Positions 48,148-56,700 of a stretch of 64,000 nucleotides of DNA are shown here, piece by piece. A program made the position numbers and the translations under genes. The stretch covers positions 3,488,001-3,552,000 of the forward strand of contig OZ219926.1 in NCBI GenBank assembly GCA_964291405.2, in the 5' to 3' direction. The notes beneath the pieces were generated by a model that made no database searches, was not told the DNA's origin, and saw only the letters and a list, made by a program, of their open reading frames with translations. Position 1 is the first letter of the stretch; the number at the start of each line of letters is the position of its first letter. The stretch is from Thermodesulfobacteriota bacterium (GTDB lineage Bacteria; Desulfobacterota; Binatia; Bin18).

Positions 48148-48603
48148 ATGAAACTCGAATATCTGTGCGATTACACTGCCACCTTCATTACCCCGATAAG
48201 CGTCGGCAAGGGGCCGCTCGGCGAGCGTATCGTGGCCGACCTGACCGGCGGGCACTTCGAGGGCCCGCGGATGAAGGGCAAGGTCCGGGCCAGTGGGGCC
48301 GACTGGGCTCTGGTCGGCCCGGACGGCAACCTGCGTCTCGACGTGCGTGCGGTCTTTGAGAGCGACGATGGGGCGGCGATCTATGTCACCTACCGGGCGC
48401 GTATGGAAGCCACCGAGGGGATTCGGAAAGCGCTTGCGGGCGGCGGCTCGACCAATTTTGGGGATAATTATTTTATCTCACAGATTCAGTTTGAGACCGG
48501 CGACGAGCGGTATGCCTGGCTCAATAACCTGATGGCCGTGGGCGAGGGCAAACTCAAGCCCAATGAGGTGACCTATCGGGTGTATGCCGTCGTACCGGAT
48601 TAA
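48148..48603 (+). CDS. DUF3237 family protein
   Basis: GGHFEGPRMKG, GADW, LDVR, DDGAAIY, FETGDERYAWLN. Confidence 0.88.
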   Translation: MKLEYLCDYTATFITPISVGKGPLGERIVADLTGGHFEGPRMKGKVRASGADWALVGPDGNLRLDVRAVFESDDGAAIYVTYRARMEATEGIRKALAGGGSTNFGDNYFISQIQFETGDERYAWLNNLMAVGEGKLKPNEVTYRVYAVVPD

Positions 48604-48612
48604 CCTTTGATA

Positions 48613-48707
48613 TCCCCTCCTTGGAGGGGTGGCCGAAGGCCGGGGTGGGTTCCTCGACCGGGTGAAACACCCTCCGCCACTACGTGGCCCTCCCTCTCAA
48701 GTGGAGA
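48613..48707. repeat. REP-like multi-hairpin element between convergent genes
   Basis: cccctcc-tt-ggagggg, ggcc-gaa-ggcc, gccac-tac-gtggc. Confidence 0.75.
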
Positions 48708-48719
48708 CAATCTCTTTTC

Positions 48720-50060
48720 TTACCCACACGCTTCCTGCCCCAGATGCTCTCTGAGCGTCTGGCCGGTATACTCCGCGCGGTGCAGGCCGCGTTTCTGTAA
48801 CACCGGTACGACCGCGTCAACAAATTCCGTAATTGAGCCCGGCATGGTCGCAGGGGTGATATTAAACCCGTGGCCGCCGGTCTCATCCAGGATCGCTTCC
48901 ATCTGATCGGCGATCTGCTCTGGCGTGCCGACAATTTGCGGACAGCCAATGGTCGCGCCGTAGATTTTACCGACCTCGCGCATGGTGAGTCGGTCGCGGC
49001 CCAGGTCGCCCGATTGATACATCTTGGTGAATATCTCGAACAGCCCACGTATGCCTTCAATCTCAATGTCTTCAACCGGCTGGTCCAGGTCATATTGGGA
49101 CAGATCGTGGCTGGTGTGCCCCGACAGCAGGGCCAATCCGCCTTCGACCGGAACGCGCTCGTTCATATCCCGCTGTTTTCGGCGCGCCTCTTCTTCCGTT
49201 CCTCCGACAATGGCCTGAATACCCCAAATAAATTTGAGACTGCCGGGATCTCTGCCAAGGTTTTTCACCCGCGCACGCATGTCATCCGCATAGGCTTTCA
49301 TCGCCCGTGGCGTGAGCTGTACCCCGAACGCCGCTTCGGCATGCTTGGCACAGAAATCGCGTCCCGCGCCCGAGGCGCCGGCCTGAAAAAGAACCGGATA
49401 GCCCTGGGGCGAAGGGGAAACAGGCGAGATGCCCGGACAGGAGAACCACTTACCCTTGTGATTGATGGGATGGACTTTGCTGGGGTCAACATACACCCCG
49501 GACGTTTTATCCGCCACGACCGCGTCAGCCTCCCAACTCTGCCACAGTTTGTGACAGACCTGCATGTATTCGTCGGCGCGCTCATAGCGCGCATCGTGCG
49601 CAATCATGTTCTCCCAGCCCATATTGTGCGCCTCTCCAATATGGACGGAGGTAACAATATTCCACCCGATCCGTCCCTTGGTCAGATGATCGAGCGTCGA
49701 AAGTTTGCGGACCGCCATATACGGCGGGTAATAGGTGGCGGACAGGGTCACGGCAAACCCGAGCCTTTCGGTTACCGCGGCCAGCATGGGAATCAGCAGG
49801 GTGGGGTCATGAACCGGAAACTGAACGGCATGGATGAGGGATTCATCGGTGCGGGCGCGGTAGTTGCCATAGGTGGCAAGCTGGTCCGCAAAAAATATGG
49901 CGTCAAACTTGCCCCGCTCCAGTGTTCTGGCAATGTCCTGCCACATATCGGGTTGAGCAAAAGAGGAGCCGACCGTGCTGTCCGGATGGGTCCACGACCC
50001 AACCGTATGATTCATGGGGCTGTGAATCAGAAAAGCATTCAGATGCATAATGTTTTTCAT
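48720..50060 (-). CDS. NtaA/DmoA/SoxA family FMN-dependent monooxygenase
   Basis: ERGKFDAIFFAD, TLDHLTKGRIGWNIVTS, HDARYERADEY, SPQG.PVLFQAGAS..GR, VVPVLQKRG. Confidence 0.92.
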   Translation of the reverse strand: MKNIMHLNAFLIHSPMNHTVGSWTHPDSTVGSSFAQPDMWQDIARTLERGKFDAIFFADQLATYGNYRARTDESLIHAVQFPVHDPTLLIPMLAAVTERLGFAVTLSATYYPPYMAVRKLSTLDHLTKGRIGWNIVTSVHIGEAHNMGWENMIAHDARYERADEYMQVCHKLWQSWEADAVVADKTSGVYVDPSKVHPINHKGKWFSCPGISPVSPSPQGYPVLFQAGASGAGRDFCAKHAEAAFGVQLTPRAMKAYADDMRARVKNLGRDPGSLKFIWGIQAIVGGTEEEARRKQRDMNERVPVEGGLALLSGHTSHDLSQYDLDQPVEDIEIEGIRGLFEIFTKMYQSGDLGRDRLTMREVGKIYGATIGCPQIVGTPEQIADQMEAILDETGGHGFNITPATMPGSITEFVDAVVPVLQKRGLHRAEYTGQTLREHLGQEACG

Positions 50061-50081
50061 GGTGCGGCTCCCCCTGCGTTT

Positions 50082-50939
50082 TTATGCGCCCAGCATCTCT
50101 TGAGCTAACCCCTCTAACTCCGGAATGACCTCCTCTTCCTGAAGCTTGTTGAGCCAGATAATGGCGTGTTCCGCGCCGGCCGCTTCCAATGCCTGGACCT
50201 GGTCCCGGCTATGCAACTGCCCCGGCTGCCCAAAGGCGATAACGGAGATGGACTTGGGATCACGCCCGGCTTGGGCGGCCAGCTCGTTCAAGGTCTCGCG
50301 TCCGTGTCGAATCTCATCGGGCGAGGTGCTGACCGGCATCCAGCCGTCCCCCCACTCAACCGTCCGTTTGAACACATTCTTGGCCGAACCACCCAGAATA
50401 ACGGGTGGATGCGGGTTTTGGGCCGGCTTGGGGAAGCATTTGACCGCGGGAAAGTCATAATACCTGCCGTGATATTCGGACTCGTCCGTAGTCCACAGCT
50501 CTTTCATGGCCAGGACCGAATCCCGAGTCTGGGTCCAGCGGTGCGGAAAGTCTCCGCCCATGATCTCACACTCTTCCTTTTGCCAGCCGGCTCCAATGCC
50601 AAACAAAAAACGTCCGCCCGAATAGTGATCCAGCGTGGAGATCTCTTTGGCCAGCAACAACGGGTTGCGCTCCGGCACGAGGCAAATCCCTGTACCCAGC
50701 TTGATCTTCGTGGTCGTGGCCGAGGCTCGAGCCAGCGACACAAACGGGTCGGAAATAATCCCGATCGTTCTCGGAATAGGCTGATCCGGAGCCATGGGAT
50801 AGCCCACGGTGGTATGCACCGGCAGAACCGGATGTTCCGGGACCCAAAACGAGGCAAAGCCCAGTTCTTCCGCCTTTTTCGCCACCACCGCAGGGTCCGC
50901 CGACTCGCCGGACGTGAAACAGAATACGCCAATGTCCAT
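50082..50939 (-). CDS. Luciferase-like putative F420-dependent oxidoreductase
   Basis: AEELGFASFWVPEH, DPFVSL, IKLGTGICLV.ERNP, TLDHYSGGR, WGDGW. Confidence 0.9.
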   Translation of the reverse strand: MDIGVFCFTSGESADPAVVAKKAEELGFASFWVPEHPVLPVHTTVGYPMAPDQPIPRTIGIISDPFVSLARASATTTKIKLGTGICLVPERNPLLLAKEISTLDHYSGGRFLFGIGAGWQKEECEIMGGDFPHRWTQTRDSVLAMKELWTTDESEYHGRYYDFPAVKCFPKPAQNPHPPVILGGSAKNVFKRTVEWGDGWMPVSTSPDEIRHGRETLNELAAQAGRDPKSISVIAFGQPGQLHSRDQVQALEAAGAEHAIIWLNKLQEEEVIPELEGLAQEMLGA

Positions 50940-51045
50940 ATGTGCTCCTCCTTATTCTGAAACGCTCACTCTTGTGTATCTGTCTTATTCTATTACCCGC
51001 AAGATGTTGGGCTGCCTCTTCCACGGGAATACCGGACCGTATTGT

Positions 51046-51070
51046 GTCATACCTGCGAAAGCAGGTATCC
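51046..51070. repeat. GTCAT-type REP hairpin
   Basis: gtc-atacctgc-gaaa-gcaggtat-cc with a GNRA loop. Confidence 0.7.
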
Positions 51071-51193
51071 AGGCTTCGGGAATACGACGAAGTTTTGTGA
51101 GATGTATGGTTTCTATTAGGATAGGAACAGATGGAACCTTATTAAAGTCTCTCTATAATACTGACCTGATTCGATTCCGTTATTAAGTAAAAT

Positions 51194-51349
51194 TTCGGAA
51201 CGACTTACCCAGCAGCAAACGATCTCGTCGCACGGCTGGTCATACATGGCATTCTACACGAGTTCACCGGTCAGGCCCGCAACCGGAGATTCATGTACAA
51301 GAGCTATATTGATCTATTTCACGATACCGAGTCGGAGGAAGGCATATGA
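51194..51349 (+). pseudogene. C-terminal remnant of a Fic-family protein (winged-helix tail)
   Basis: FGTTYPAANDLVARLVIHGILHEFTGQARNRRFMYKSYIDLF...*; in-frame stop just upstream and no start codon. Confidence 0.7.
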
Positions 51350-51385
51350 TCGCCAACCTCAACCCAGTCCTGCCTATCGGCGAGA
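51346..51385 (+). pseudogene. Possible N-terminal stub of a type I R-M specificity subunit
   Basis: GGAGG RBS and ATGA coupling; MIANLNP then PAYR in a shifted frame resembles the common HsdS start MIAxLKPYPAYK. Very short. Confidence 0.35.
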
Positions 51386-51404
51386 TTATGGGGAAAGGTA
51401 AAGA

Positions 51405-51887
51405 ATGAAACTCAAGAAAATGTTCAAGAATTTCGGTTTGGAGAAGATCAGGTTAGGCCCCAAGTGGGCCAGTGCGGAAATATCTTTCCAAACCTCCGAC
51501 CGAGATGCGGCCTGGGAACTGTATATTGAGATGCTGACCAGAATCGTTACCCAGCCGTTACCGGTTGAAGCCGGAGACGAAAAAGCGGCTTTGGATAGTG
51601 TGTATTCCCTTTTTCCAACCTCCCGAGAGATTCTCCGACGGCGAGGACGCGGAGCAATACAATTCAGCAAGGTTGTCGTGCCCGTGCTGAACCAGGTGGT
51701 GCGGCCCTTTACCGCAAAGTGGCATAAGGAGAGTGAGGCTGGGGCTTTCGATAACGAAGTCAAGCGGAAGGAGTTTCGTGAAGAACTGGCGGTATTACAG
51801 GACGAGTTGCGTAACTACAACCGTATGCTGGCAGAGATCGCCGACGTGGAAGATTTGACCGACCTGGAACGGGTCGAAGGAAAGTAG
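51405..51887 (+). CDS. Hypothetical helical protein (160 aa) coupled to the TIR gene
   Basis: Intact ORF with AAWELYIEMLTRI.TQPL, ALDSVYSLF, VLNQVVRPF.AKWH; stop lies 2 bp before the TIR start. Confidence 0.85.
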   Translation: MKLKKMFKNFGLEKIRLGPKWASAEISFQTSDRDAAWELYIEMLTRIVTQPLPVEAGDEKAALDSVYSLFPTSREILRRRGRGAIQFSKVVVPVLNQVVRPFTAKWHKESEAGAFDNEVKRKEFREELAVLQDELRNYNRMLAEIADVEDLTDLERVEGK

Positions 51888-51889
51888 CA

Positions 51890-52456
51890 ATGCCTCAAAC
51901 CCAGAGGGACAAAGTGTTCATCAGTTTTCATCATGAGGACCAGAAGTACAAAGAGCGATTTGCCAAAATGATGAAAGGAGACATTGTAGATAAATCGGTC
52001 AAAGACAGCGACATAGATGACCGCAATCTGAAAACGGCAACGATTCGCCAGAAAATCCGCGAGGACTTCATTGCTGACGCAACCGTGACCGTTGTACTGA
52101 TAGGTCCTTGCACCTGGAAGAGAAAACATGTGGATTGGGAGATTGGTTCCAGTCTGAGAGATACTAAGAAGAATCCCAGATGCGGCCTGCTGGGTATCCT
52201 GCTTCCCAATCATCCTGATTTTGGCAAAGAACCTATGATCCTCACCTGATACCGCCAAGACTGGCGGACAACTGTAAGGGAGATGACCCCTACGCATGCA
52301 TATATCGTTGGTCAGGAAGTCCGAATGAGGTATCGTGTTCGCCGGTGGATTCATCAGGCATTCAAGAGAAGGAAGAGAACACCAGACCCCAACAACAAAC
52401 GGCGGCAGTTTCGAGACAATAGAAAAGGCAAGTGTTCAAAAGGTTGGCAGGATTAG
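51890..52456 (+). CDS. TIR-domain protein (ThsB/DUF1863-like), two frameshifts in the 3' third
   Basis: KVFISFHH, VTVVLIG, KHVDWEI (catalytic Glu), GLLGILLP. Continues YDPHLIPPRLADN (shift ~52233), then RRWIHQAF...GWQD* (shift ~52335). Confidence 0.85.
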
Positions 52457-52492
52457 GGCGAAAAATTTTCGCCTCTATCATGACGGTGTATC

Positions 52493-53077
52493 GTGACTAA
52501 GGGGGATTCACACCGCCGTCGGTCGCCCCGTCTGCGCGGTTACGATTATTCGTGGGCAGGAGCGTATTTCGTAACGGTCTGTACCCACAACCGGGCGTGT
52601 CTGTTCGGTGAAATTGTGAACGGAGAGATGCAGTTGAATGATGTCGGGCGGGTGGTCGCTACACACTGGCGTTCTTTGTCCAAACGATTTTCAAGTGTTC
52701 AACCGGATGTGTTCGTCGTGATGCCGAATCACATGCACGGTATTATCGCGTTGCCCGATGTAGGGGCGGCCCTTGTGGCCGCCCAGGGCAGAGCGCGTAG
52801 GATCACCCCCCCAAGACGGGCAACCACAAGGGTTGCCCCTACGACATCATTGGGCACGGTGATAGGTGCGTACAAATCATTGACAACAGTTGCCTATGCG
52901 CGTGGGGTGAAAATGTGGGGTTGGGCACCGTTCGCTGGTAAATTATGGCAACGGAATTATTATGAACATATCATCCGCAACGAGGCAGCCCTGAACCGGA
53001 TTCGCCAATACATCATGGACAACCCGGCCCGCTGGGCCGAAGACCCAGAGAATCCTGCCCGAACAACCCATTTGTAG
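52493..53077 (+). mobile_element. REP-associated tyrosine transposase (Y1/RAYT)
   Basis: RRSPRLRGYDYS..GAYFVTVC, VVMPNHMHG (HUH), WQRNYYEHIIR, YIMDNP. Confidence 0.92.
52760..52842. repeat. GTAG-type REP doublet inside the RAYT coding sequence
   Basis: gtaggggcggcccttgtggccgccc ... gggcaaccacaagggttgcccctac. Confidence 0.88.
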
Positions 53078-53113
53078 GGACACCTGTAGCGGGTCGGACG
53101 ACCAGGAATCCTT

Positions 53114-53196
53114 GTAGGGGCGGCCCTTGTGGCCGCCTGGGGTATGGTGGAGATGACCCACCTCCCAAGATGGGCAACCACAAGGGTTGCCCCTAC
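53114..53196. repeat. GTAG-type REP doublet downstream of the RAYT
   Basis: gtaggggcggcccttgtggccgcc ... gggcaaccacaagggttgcccctac; same 83-bp length as the internal copy. Confidence 0.9.
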
Positions 53197-53369
53197 CGCG
53201 AACAATCTATGCCCCACCCCCTCAAACCCCACCCGGCCTGTAAGTCCTCCGGTGTCAAACGGCTTTGAAGGGCTGGGCAATACAGCCAACGCCACCTCTG
53301 GTCAGGATAGATATTTGGTCAAAAATGTGTAATCTTTATACACATTTTTACGGAGAGGCTGGATACGTC

Positions 53370-53645
53370 ATGGCCAGAGTCCAATTGATAATACCCGATG
53401 AAGACCGTGACCGTTTCGTCTATCAGGCTCGCAAGGAGGGCTTGACATTGAGCGCTTGGCTGAGGGCTGCCGCCCGTGAACGGCTTGAAGACCGGCAACG
53501 CCCCGAGTTTTTCGAGTCACCCTCGGCCTTGGAAGAGTTTTTCAGGGCGTGCGATGCCCTGAAGGGTCCCGAGACCGAACCGGAATGGGACGAGCACCTG
53601 AGCGCAATCGCCGAGTCGCGGCGGCGGAACGCAGCCAACACATGA
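53370..53645 (+). CDS. Putative RHH antitoxin (VapB-like)
   Basis: MARVQLIIPDEDRD...EGLTLSAWLRAAARE with an acidic tail; ATGA overlap with the PIN toxin. Confidence 0.75.
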   Translation: MARVQLIIPDEDRDRFVYQARKEGLTLSAWLRAAARERLEDRQRPEFFESPSALEEFFRACDALKGPETEPEWDEHLSAIAESRRRNAANT

Positions 53646-54037
53646 TATTCGTCGATACGAATGTCTTCATGTACGCGGTAGGTCGGCCACATCCGCTGCA
53701 AGCGCCGGCCCGAGAGTTCTTTACCGAGTCCAACCGGCGCGGCACGCCTCTCGGTACTTCGGCGGAAGTCTTGCAGGAGTTGGCACATGCCTACCTGCCG
53801 GTCGGCCGACTCCAGACGTTCGATGCAGCCCTGGCGTTGGTGGTCAGAGCCGGTGTCGAAGTGTGGCCGCTGGAAGAAGCGGATGTGACGCTGGCGAGGC
53901 AGCTCCATGAAAAGTATCCCACGCTGGGGGCCAGAGACCTTTGCCATCTCGCAAGTTGCCGACGGCGCGGCGTGAAGCAAATCATGACCTTTGACCAAGC
54001 CCTGAGCACCGTTGGACCGAAGCCGGCACGGTCATAA
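53642..54037 (+). CDS. vapC: PIN-domain toxin (VapC)
   Basis: IFVDTNVFMY, TSAEVLQE, ARDLCHLA, MTFD. Confidence 0.92.
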   Translation: MIFVDTNVFMYAVGRPHPLQAPAREFFTESNRRGTPLGTSAEVLQELAHAYLPVGRLQTFDAALALVVRAGVEVWPLEEADVTLARQLHEKYPTLGARDLCHLASCRRRGVKQIMTFDQALSTVGPKPARS

Positions 54038-54645
54038 AGGCAAAGTCGTCAACTCTGCTAGGCGATATCCCATGACCGCTGGCCTGATCAAGCCATTTGA
54101 TGAAGGTGCTGCTCGGAGGCTGAGGAAATACATCCCTTTCTGGGCCTGAATTTTAATTGATAGGCAGCTATTGGACAAGCAGGATTTTTTCCTAAGCCAT
54201 TGACCTAACTATATAATTTTAATTGATGGGTAATTGATAGAGAAGTGCCCAGCTTGATCTTCGTGGCCGAGACCCGTTTCGCAAACGGAAGTACACGACG
54301 AAGAAGGAAGGGGAGCCCGGGAGGGGGGACTCCCGGACTCCATGGGGGAGGAAATCTGTAGACTCTACGGACAGGTAGAGCAGCAAGCACTTTTAATAGT
54401 GCTTTAATCTGGGATACACATACAGTATGGATGTAAAACTGACTATCTGTCAAGCATATCTCTGTTTCTTGAGTAAAAATAAATGGTTATAGGGGAATAG
54501 TTTAAAACCGAGAAAATCACATAATTTCTTCTTCTAACCCTCAGGAGACAGACTTCCAGTGGACAGTTTTGTGGGCCAATAGAGAGAAACGACGCTGGTC
54601 TTAACGGCTGGAATGAAGTCGTAAGAATTGAACGCTTTACACCTC

Positions 54646-55308
54646 ATGAAGTCCTGTCCGGATTGTCGCAAACTCAATAGAGAACACGCGCGCTTCTGCG
54701 GATACTGTAGGAAACCCCTGACAGCGCGCTCCCCTGTACGGGGCTGGAGCTTCAACCCACTCTTTCTCTGGGCGAGTCTCGTCATCGCAGTTATCGCGAG
54801 CGTAGTCGTAACATCCATCCAAGAGGACCTGCTTCAAGAGCATTTAAGAGCTGACAGGTTCTCTCCTGACGTGCTCCTTGAGCGTGTCCGCACCGAGCCG
54901 ATTGATGTGCTCTCTTATATGCGGGATTTCGAGCGTCGTACCCATATTTTGGTGAATGAACATCGCATTGCGATCGGACTTGAGCCTCTTGAGTATAGCG
55001 AAGCCCTGGCGATGATCGCACGACAGCATAGCAAAGCTATAGCCACCGGATACGAATTCTTCAGCCACGACGGTTTTGAGGAACGCAAACGTATGGCCCA
55101 AGGATTTGTCCAACTCGAAACATTTGCGGAAAACCTTGCCCTCAATAATTCCTCGCCTGCCAGTGCTCCGACGGACGCCGTCGCGGGCTGGCTGGACAGT
55201 CCGGGGCACCGGAAGAATATGGAAGGCCAGTTTAATCTGACCGGTATTGGATGTGCGCGGGGAAAAGACGGTGTGTTCTACTTTACTCAGCTTTTCGGGC
55301 TGAGGTGA
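54646..55308 (+). CDS. CAP/SCP-domain protein with N-terminal Zn-ribbon and TM anchor
   Basis: CPDC..CGYC, one TM helix, VNEHR, ARQHS, FSH, AENLA, GWLDSPGHRKNM, GIG, YFTQLF. Confidence 0.88.
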   Translation: MKSCPDCRKLNREHARFCGYCRKPLTARSPVRGWSFNPLFLWASLVIAVIASVVVTSIQEDLLQEHLRADRFSPDVLLERVRTEPIDVLSYMRDFERRTHILVNEHRIAIGLEPLEYSEALAMIARQHSKAIATGYEFFSHDGFEERKRMAQGFVQLETFAENLALNNSSPASAPTDAVAGWLDSPGHRKNMEGQFNLTGIGCARGKDGVFYFTQLFGLR

Positions 55309-55387
55309 GGAGGAGGGTCCACTGGACTTCCCCCTCTTCGAGAGTAGAGTGGGTCGGGAAAACCCACCCTGTGCCATGAATGAGACG

Positions 55388-56545
55388 TTACGCGCTCATC
55401 CCCATCAGATCCGCGAAGTTCTGCGTATAGAACCGGTCCAAGGTCTCTGCGTCTTGTCCTTCCAATGTACGACCAAAACGACCCAAAGGGTCACGACCGC
55501 CCTCGGGATGTGGATAATCGCTGGAGAACATATAGAGACGTGGGTCAGAAGCATTGATGATGGCCCCCACATCCTCGAACACAAACGGCGTAAAGCGGAC
55601 CTGATCGATAATCTGCTGGCTTGGCGTGCGCTGCAAGTCTTTGAGCAAAGGCTCGCTCCGACTCCAGATGCCGGCGACCAGGTCGAGACGGTCCAGCATG
55701 GACGGCACCCAACCAGCACCGAGTTCAATGACCCCACCGCGCAGTTCGGGAAAGCGTTCCAGCACGCCGTCTAGCACCATCGTGGACAGGAACTGCTCGG
55801 GCAGATGATGCAGACCCATCATGTCTTTACTACGGATGTTCTCACCGCCGCCGAGCCAGTCGTTGGGAATCGGACGGCCATTATCGAGCCAGCCCGGATC
55901 GACTTTGAGCGCGGCCCCACCCACGTGCAGAAGGAACGGGACTTGATGTTCAACAAAGCGAGCCCAGAGGGGATCGAGGTCGGTATGGCCGGGCGAATGC
56001 CCGTTGGCCAAGCGGTGGGGAATCCACATGGCTTCCAGCCCAAGACTCACCGCATAGTCGAGGTCTGTGATCGACCGTTCCACATCGTCAATGGGGAGCA
56101 GGCCCACGCCGACCAGACGCTCGTCCGCACAGAATTCCGCCATGGAACGGTTATGCGCCCGACAGCCGCCATAGGCAATATCGGGAGCAACGTCTGACCC
56201 AAACAGCATGGAGGTGCTCAGCGAGGAGAAGACAAACTGTTTGGCAAAGCCCAAACGGTCGAGCGCGTCCGTCCGTTCGGAGGCGTCAAATGCGCCGAGC
56301 GCGTCATAGCCCTTGGGACCGCTAATCAAGCCGTCGCCCAGGTCTCGCAATTTCTGCGCTTCGTGGTCCGGGCGACCGTTGTCGACGTACTGATTCACAT
56401 GTTGAGCGAGCACCCCCGCGGCTTCAAAATTAAACGGGGGAAGCTGGTCGGCGACATTACGGTCAGCGGTGGCCGTCAGAAAGTCCGACAATTCCATGAT
56501 ATGGCTGTCCGCGTCAAAAAATATGCGTCCGGTTGCGTATGCCAT
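55388..56545 (-). CDS. Amidohydrolase family 2 protein
   Basis: FDADSHIME, GVLERFPEL, IELGAGW, FSSDYPHPEG. Confidence 0.9.
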   Translation of the reverse strand: MAYATGRIFFDADSHIMELSDFLTATADRNVADQLPPFNFEAAGVLAQHVNQYVDNGRPDHEAQKLRDLGDGLISGPKGYDALGAFDASERTDALDRLGFAKQFVFSSLSTSMLFGSDVAPDIAYGGCRAHNRSMAEFCADERLVGVGLLPIDDVERSITDLDYAVSLGLEAMWIPHRLANGHSPGHTDLDPLWARFVEHQVPFLLHVGGAALKVDPGWLDNGRPIPNDWLGGGENIRSKDMMGLHHLPEQFLSTMVLDGVLERFPELRGGVIELGAGWVPSMLDRLDLVAGIWSRSEPLLKDLQRTPSQQIIDQVRFTPFVFEDVGAIINASDPRLYMFSSDYPHPEGGRDPLGRFGRTLEGQDAETLDRFYTQNFADLMGMSA

Positions 56546-56700
56546 CAGGACTCCTTCGTCTGAATTGGATTGGCCAAAACCATTATCAATTTTCGCCAAC
56601 GGAAGCTAGCGAACTCCAGGGCATTCTGTTTTGATTTTCTACCTGATGGAATAAGGTAGCGCGGCAGACTTGGACAGAGATTGTCCTCAGGAGCACATTC

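Noticed and set aside
48870-50960. Long plus-strand ORFs of 412 and 264 aa (likewise 20401-21327, 28804-29829, 35414-36493)
   Set aside because: Antisense shadows of clearly identified genes.
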